From NCBI RefSeq assembly GCF_001194135.2, contig NC_068981.1, positions 190,973,555 through 191,037,554 of the forward strand: 64,000 nt of DNA, written 5' to 3'. A program made the position numbers and the translations under genes. Positions 61,180 to 64,000 of this stretch are shown here, in pieces (the stretch's first letter is position 1; each line of letters begins with the position of its first letter). The notes under the pieces are model-generated. The model had not been told where the DNA came from. It saw only the letters and a program-made list of their open reading frames with translations, and searched no databases. The DNA is from Octopus bimaculoides (taxonomy: Eukaryota).

Positions 61180-61385
61180 CAAAGTCCAAGGTCAGCAAAT
61201 TTGAAGGGGTGGGGTCAGTCAATTACTCACCCCAGTACTTGGCAAGTAGTTTATTTTATTGACACTGGAGGGATAAAAGGCGAAGTTGACTGTGGCAGGA
61301 TATGAACTCAAACTGTAAGGAGCTGAAAGAAATGCCAGTAAGCACATCTGATGTGCTAATAATTTCACCTTCATGTTGCCTTATT
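61180..61385 (-). mobile_element. Head-B/gamma SINE, diverged
   Basis: CCCCAGTACTTGG..GGATAAAAGGCGAAGTTGAC. Confidence 0.7.
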
Positions 61386-62039
61386 GGGGAAAAGATGAAG
61401 ACAAAAAAGCAAAAACATACTAGACAGAATTAACAATGATTGATAACTACATAGGTGGTAAAATGTCTGCTGTATTGGAAGATAAAGAATTTTAAACGAC
61501 TGACACTATATAACTGTGAAATTTAGGCAATAGAAATAAATTCACAAGGCTTGAGAAAAAAAGTGTCAAGTATTATTTGGTGAATGTTTGATGTGAACTT
61601 TGATCTGAATACAAGTTTAAATCTCCATCTTTGAAACATGACAACTTTAATGTGAACATAAGACATTCAACTATGGAAGACCTGAAGTGTTATAGTTAAC
61701 ATGACACTGTACAACAACTCAAGACTAATGAGATATGATTCCCAGAATTCTTAACTATTAAGATTGCATGCAACTGTGAATATTGTCTCACCTTTCTTGA
61801 AGTATAAAGTAAACAGAAATGAAATTTAAAATGTTAATGACAATTTTACATCCACTCTCATTCTTGTCATGTCCTCAACAAGAATGAAAAATTCTCTGAA
61901 CCCCATTCAGAAGGTACTGGTGTACTGTGGCAATCCATTGCGCATACTTGTGTATCAACATTCTGTACTACTCCTGAAAACTTGCTGAACACTGGACACT
62001 GAAATCTGTTGACATTTCCTTGTGAGCAAATCATCTGGT

Positions 62040-62175
62040 AGTTTGGTGCTTTCAAGGACAAATCATTAACCCTTACTTGAAAAACAAGGGTTAGTGACAG
62101 GAAGAACATTCAGTTGTAAATACAATGCTTCAGTAATATTTGTTCATCTAACCCATGCCAACATAGAAAAATAGA
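62040..62175 (+). mobile_element. Beta-type RTE-like tail fragment
   Basis: TTACTTGAAAAACAAGGGTTAGTGACAGGAAG..ACCCATGCCAAC. Confidence 0.65.
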
Positions 62176-62182
62176 ACAAATA

Positions 62183-62470
62183 TATCTTATCTCTTACTGT
62201 CTTATATTTGTTTCAGTCATCTGGACTGTGGCCATGCTGGGGCATGCTTCAAGTTTTAGTCAAACAGACCCCCCACACCCCCAGTACTTATTCAATTGCT
62301 CCCTCTTTGTTGCTATGTTTTGGAATATGAGCAAGCCAATACTAATTGTCAAGTGGTGGTGGTGGTGGTGATGGTTTCCGTCTACCAAATTCACTCGCAA
62401 GGCATTGGTTACAATACTTTCCCAAGCTATTGCACTGAGGGACGGAACCCCAAAGCCACATGGGTGCCAA
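62183..62470 (-). mobile_element. Head-A/alpha SINE, diverged
   Basis: TTTCAGTCATCTGGACTGTGGCCATGCTGG..TTTCCGTCTACCAAATTCACTCGCAAGG. Confidence 0.75.
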
Positions 62471-64000
62471 GTGACACACACATGCTCTCACATAGATACA
62501 CTTATGTTGTTGTTATTATTTTTATGATAGCGAAATTTATTGACAGTAAAGCAAAATATCAAATATATTATGTTTGTTATATGTCAATCATATGGAGTTT
62601 TCTATTACTGTAACAGACTCTAATTAAAAACCAGGAAGCAGTAATGATTAGTGGAATGGTAATTTTGCTCAAAATTATTACTGACCATATTGAGGTATAG
62701 TTGTCTTTTGTTCACATTTGTGGAATTTGAAGAATGCCTGATGAAATTCCACTCTGGTCATTGTTTGATTTATGATTCCAAACGGTAATATTTGAACTTG
62801 GAAATACAAAAAAAGTCAAGACACCAGAGATTGCTGTAATTCAAAGATAAAATATAATTAAATGTTATGATTCATTATTGTCAATGAGTGAAATTTAAAT
62901 TCATTACATTGGGAATTTTAAAAAAATTCTGTTATTGTTATATATTCATTGTAAAGAAAATAGGTGATTCTACAAACCAGACTCATCCCTGTCATAAATA
63001 TAAATGTCCAATCTTTATAGATATTAAAATTCACATATAACGTAAATTCCTTCATATTTTATTTAATTATTGCTTCAATTGTTCTTCTATTTTTTATTTT
63101 TACCGGTGACGATGAAAATAGCCAAATATTTTGTTTATATTTTCCCCAAAAACAACAATAAGTTGGGTTCAAAATATCAAATAATTTATTTTATATTCTA
63201 AAAAGAAAAACTTCATTTTTCAAAATGAAATTAAAAATTTCACTTTAATTTATAATTTTTGTTTTTTTTTTAAAAAAAAAAAGATTCTCTAATATGATTA
63301 CATTCTTTGTAATTTAATTTGTCCAATTTTTTTTTTTTTTTTTTTTTTTAATCATATAATTTAGATGGTGGAAGTGTATGAGTTGCCATAGATTTTCATC
63401 TCTAAAGCTTTTCACTGCCTGGTGAGGTCAAAGGGCAATTGTTATTGGACTTGAACCTCTATAGATTAATGTCTGAAGGAGAAATATAGGAATTGGTAAA
63501 GTTCCATTGAAAGTATTACCGTTCTTGTTATATAAAGGTTTGGGAGGAAATATTTATTGCTTCGTTCTTGGAGGTGAGACTCAGTAGGGATAATGAAATG
63601 AAGAGAGGCAGGGGAATCAGGTGGTAAAATGCATGCTATTTAAAGAACCAGGAAAAGTAGTATCAGCAGCAGTAGTAGAAGTATCAAAGAGGTTGTATTA
63701 GCATGCAGTTGATTGCAATGTTTTGCAGTGCAGATGTTTGCCAATCAGTCGGGTGACCAATGTCTGTGTGTATAGCAGTAGTTTTGTTCTTGATATATCA
63801 ACTATTCTCATATAAAGGAGTTTACTTTGTTTATGTATTTGCATTTAGAGCTGAAGAAGTTTCTGACTTGGAAAAGGAAGCGTATGCCTTTGAGGTGCAT
63901 TTTTTTTTTTTTAATTGACTGTTTGCACCACGAAAGGTCAGAAAAGATTGTGAGTTTAGCATTTGTAAATTTCAGGAAAATTTTGTTTTGAAAGTTGTTT

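Noticed and set aside
63365-63421. 57-nt exon candidate (WWKCMSCHRFSSLKLFTA)
   Set aside because: The opposite strand reads like a decayed LINE endonuclease (GDINL..PGSE), and the splice signals could be chance

Overview
AT-rich, repeat-dense eukaryotic DNA with eight N-gaps and many microsatellites. The SINE/LINE repertoire matches what I recall of octopus genomes; this is an inference from family recognition, not a database search. There is no complete protein-coding gene, tRNA, rRNA or CRISPR array. Most of the supplied ORFs come from microsatellites, gaps or decayed elements. Working labels used here: head-A SINE (GCTGTGTGGTAAGAAG..TTCAGTCCCACTG), found with either an alpha body (ends GACTGAAAC..AAAAGAAT) or a beta body (RTE-like 3' end with (GAT)n); head-B SINE (AAGGCGGCGAGCTGGCAG..GTTCAAATTCC), found with a gamma tail (CAGGCCTTGTGCC..(TAT)n) or a delta tail (TTTAGCCCC..GTGGGCAATAAAGAAAT); C = 3' end of an RTE LINE (GGAAGGGCATCCAGC..(GAT)n); D = SINE tail ending GGGCTAAACAACAAC; E = tRNA-headed SINE with a Meta-like core. 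Also present: RTE and Tx1/L1-like LINE fragments, an internally deleted DD37D (maT) Tc1/mariner element, and piggyBac-type, hAT-type and fold-back MITEs. A few isolated candidate exons and CpG-retaining motif islands (CTCF, CRE, RFX-like) suggest the window is largely intronic. Boundaries of degenerate repeats are approximate (about 10-20 nt).
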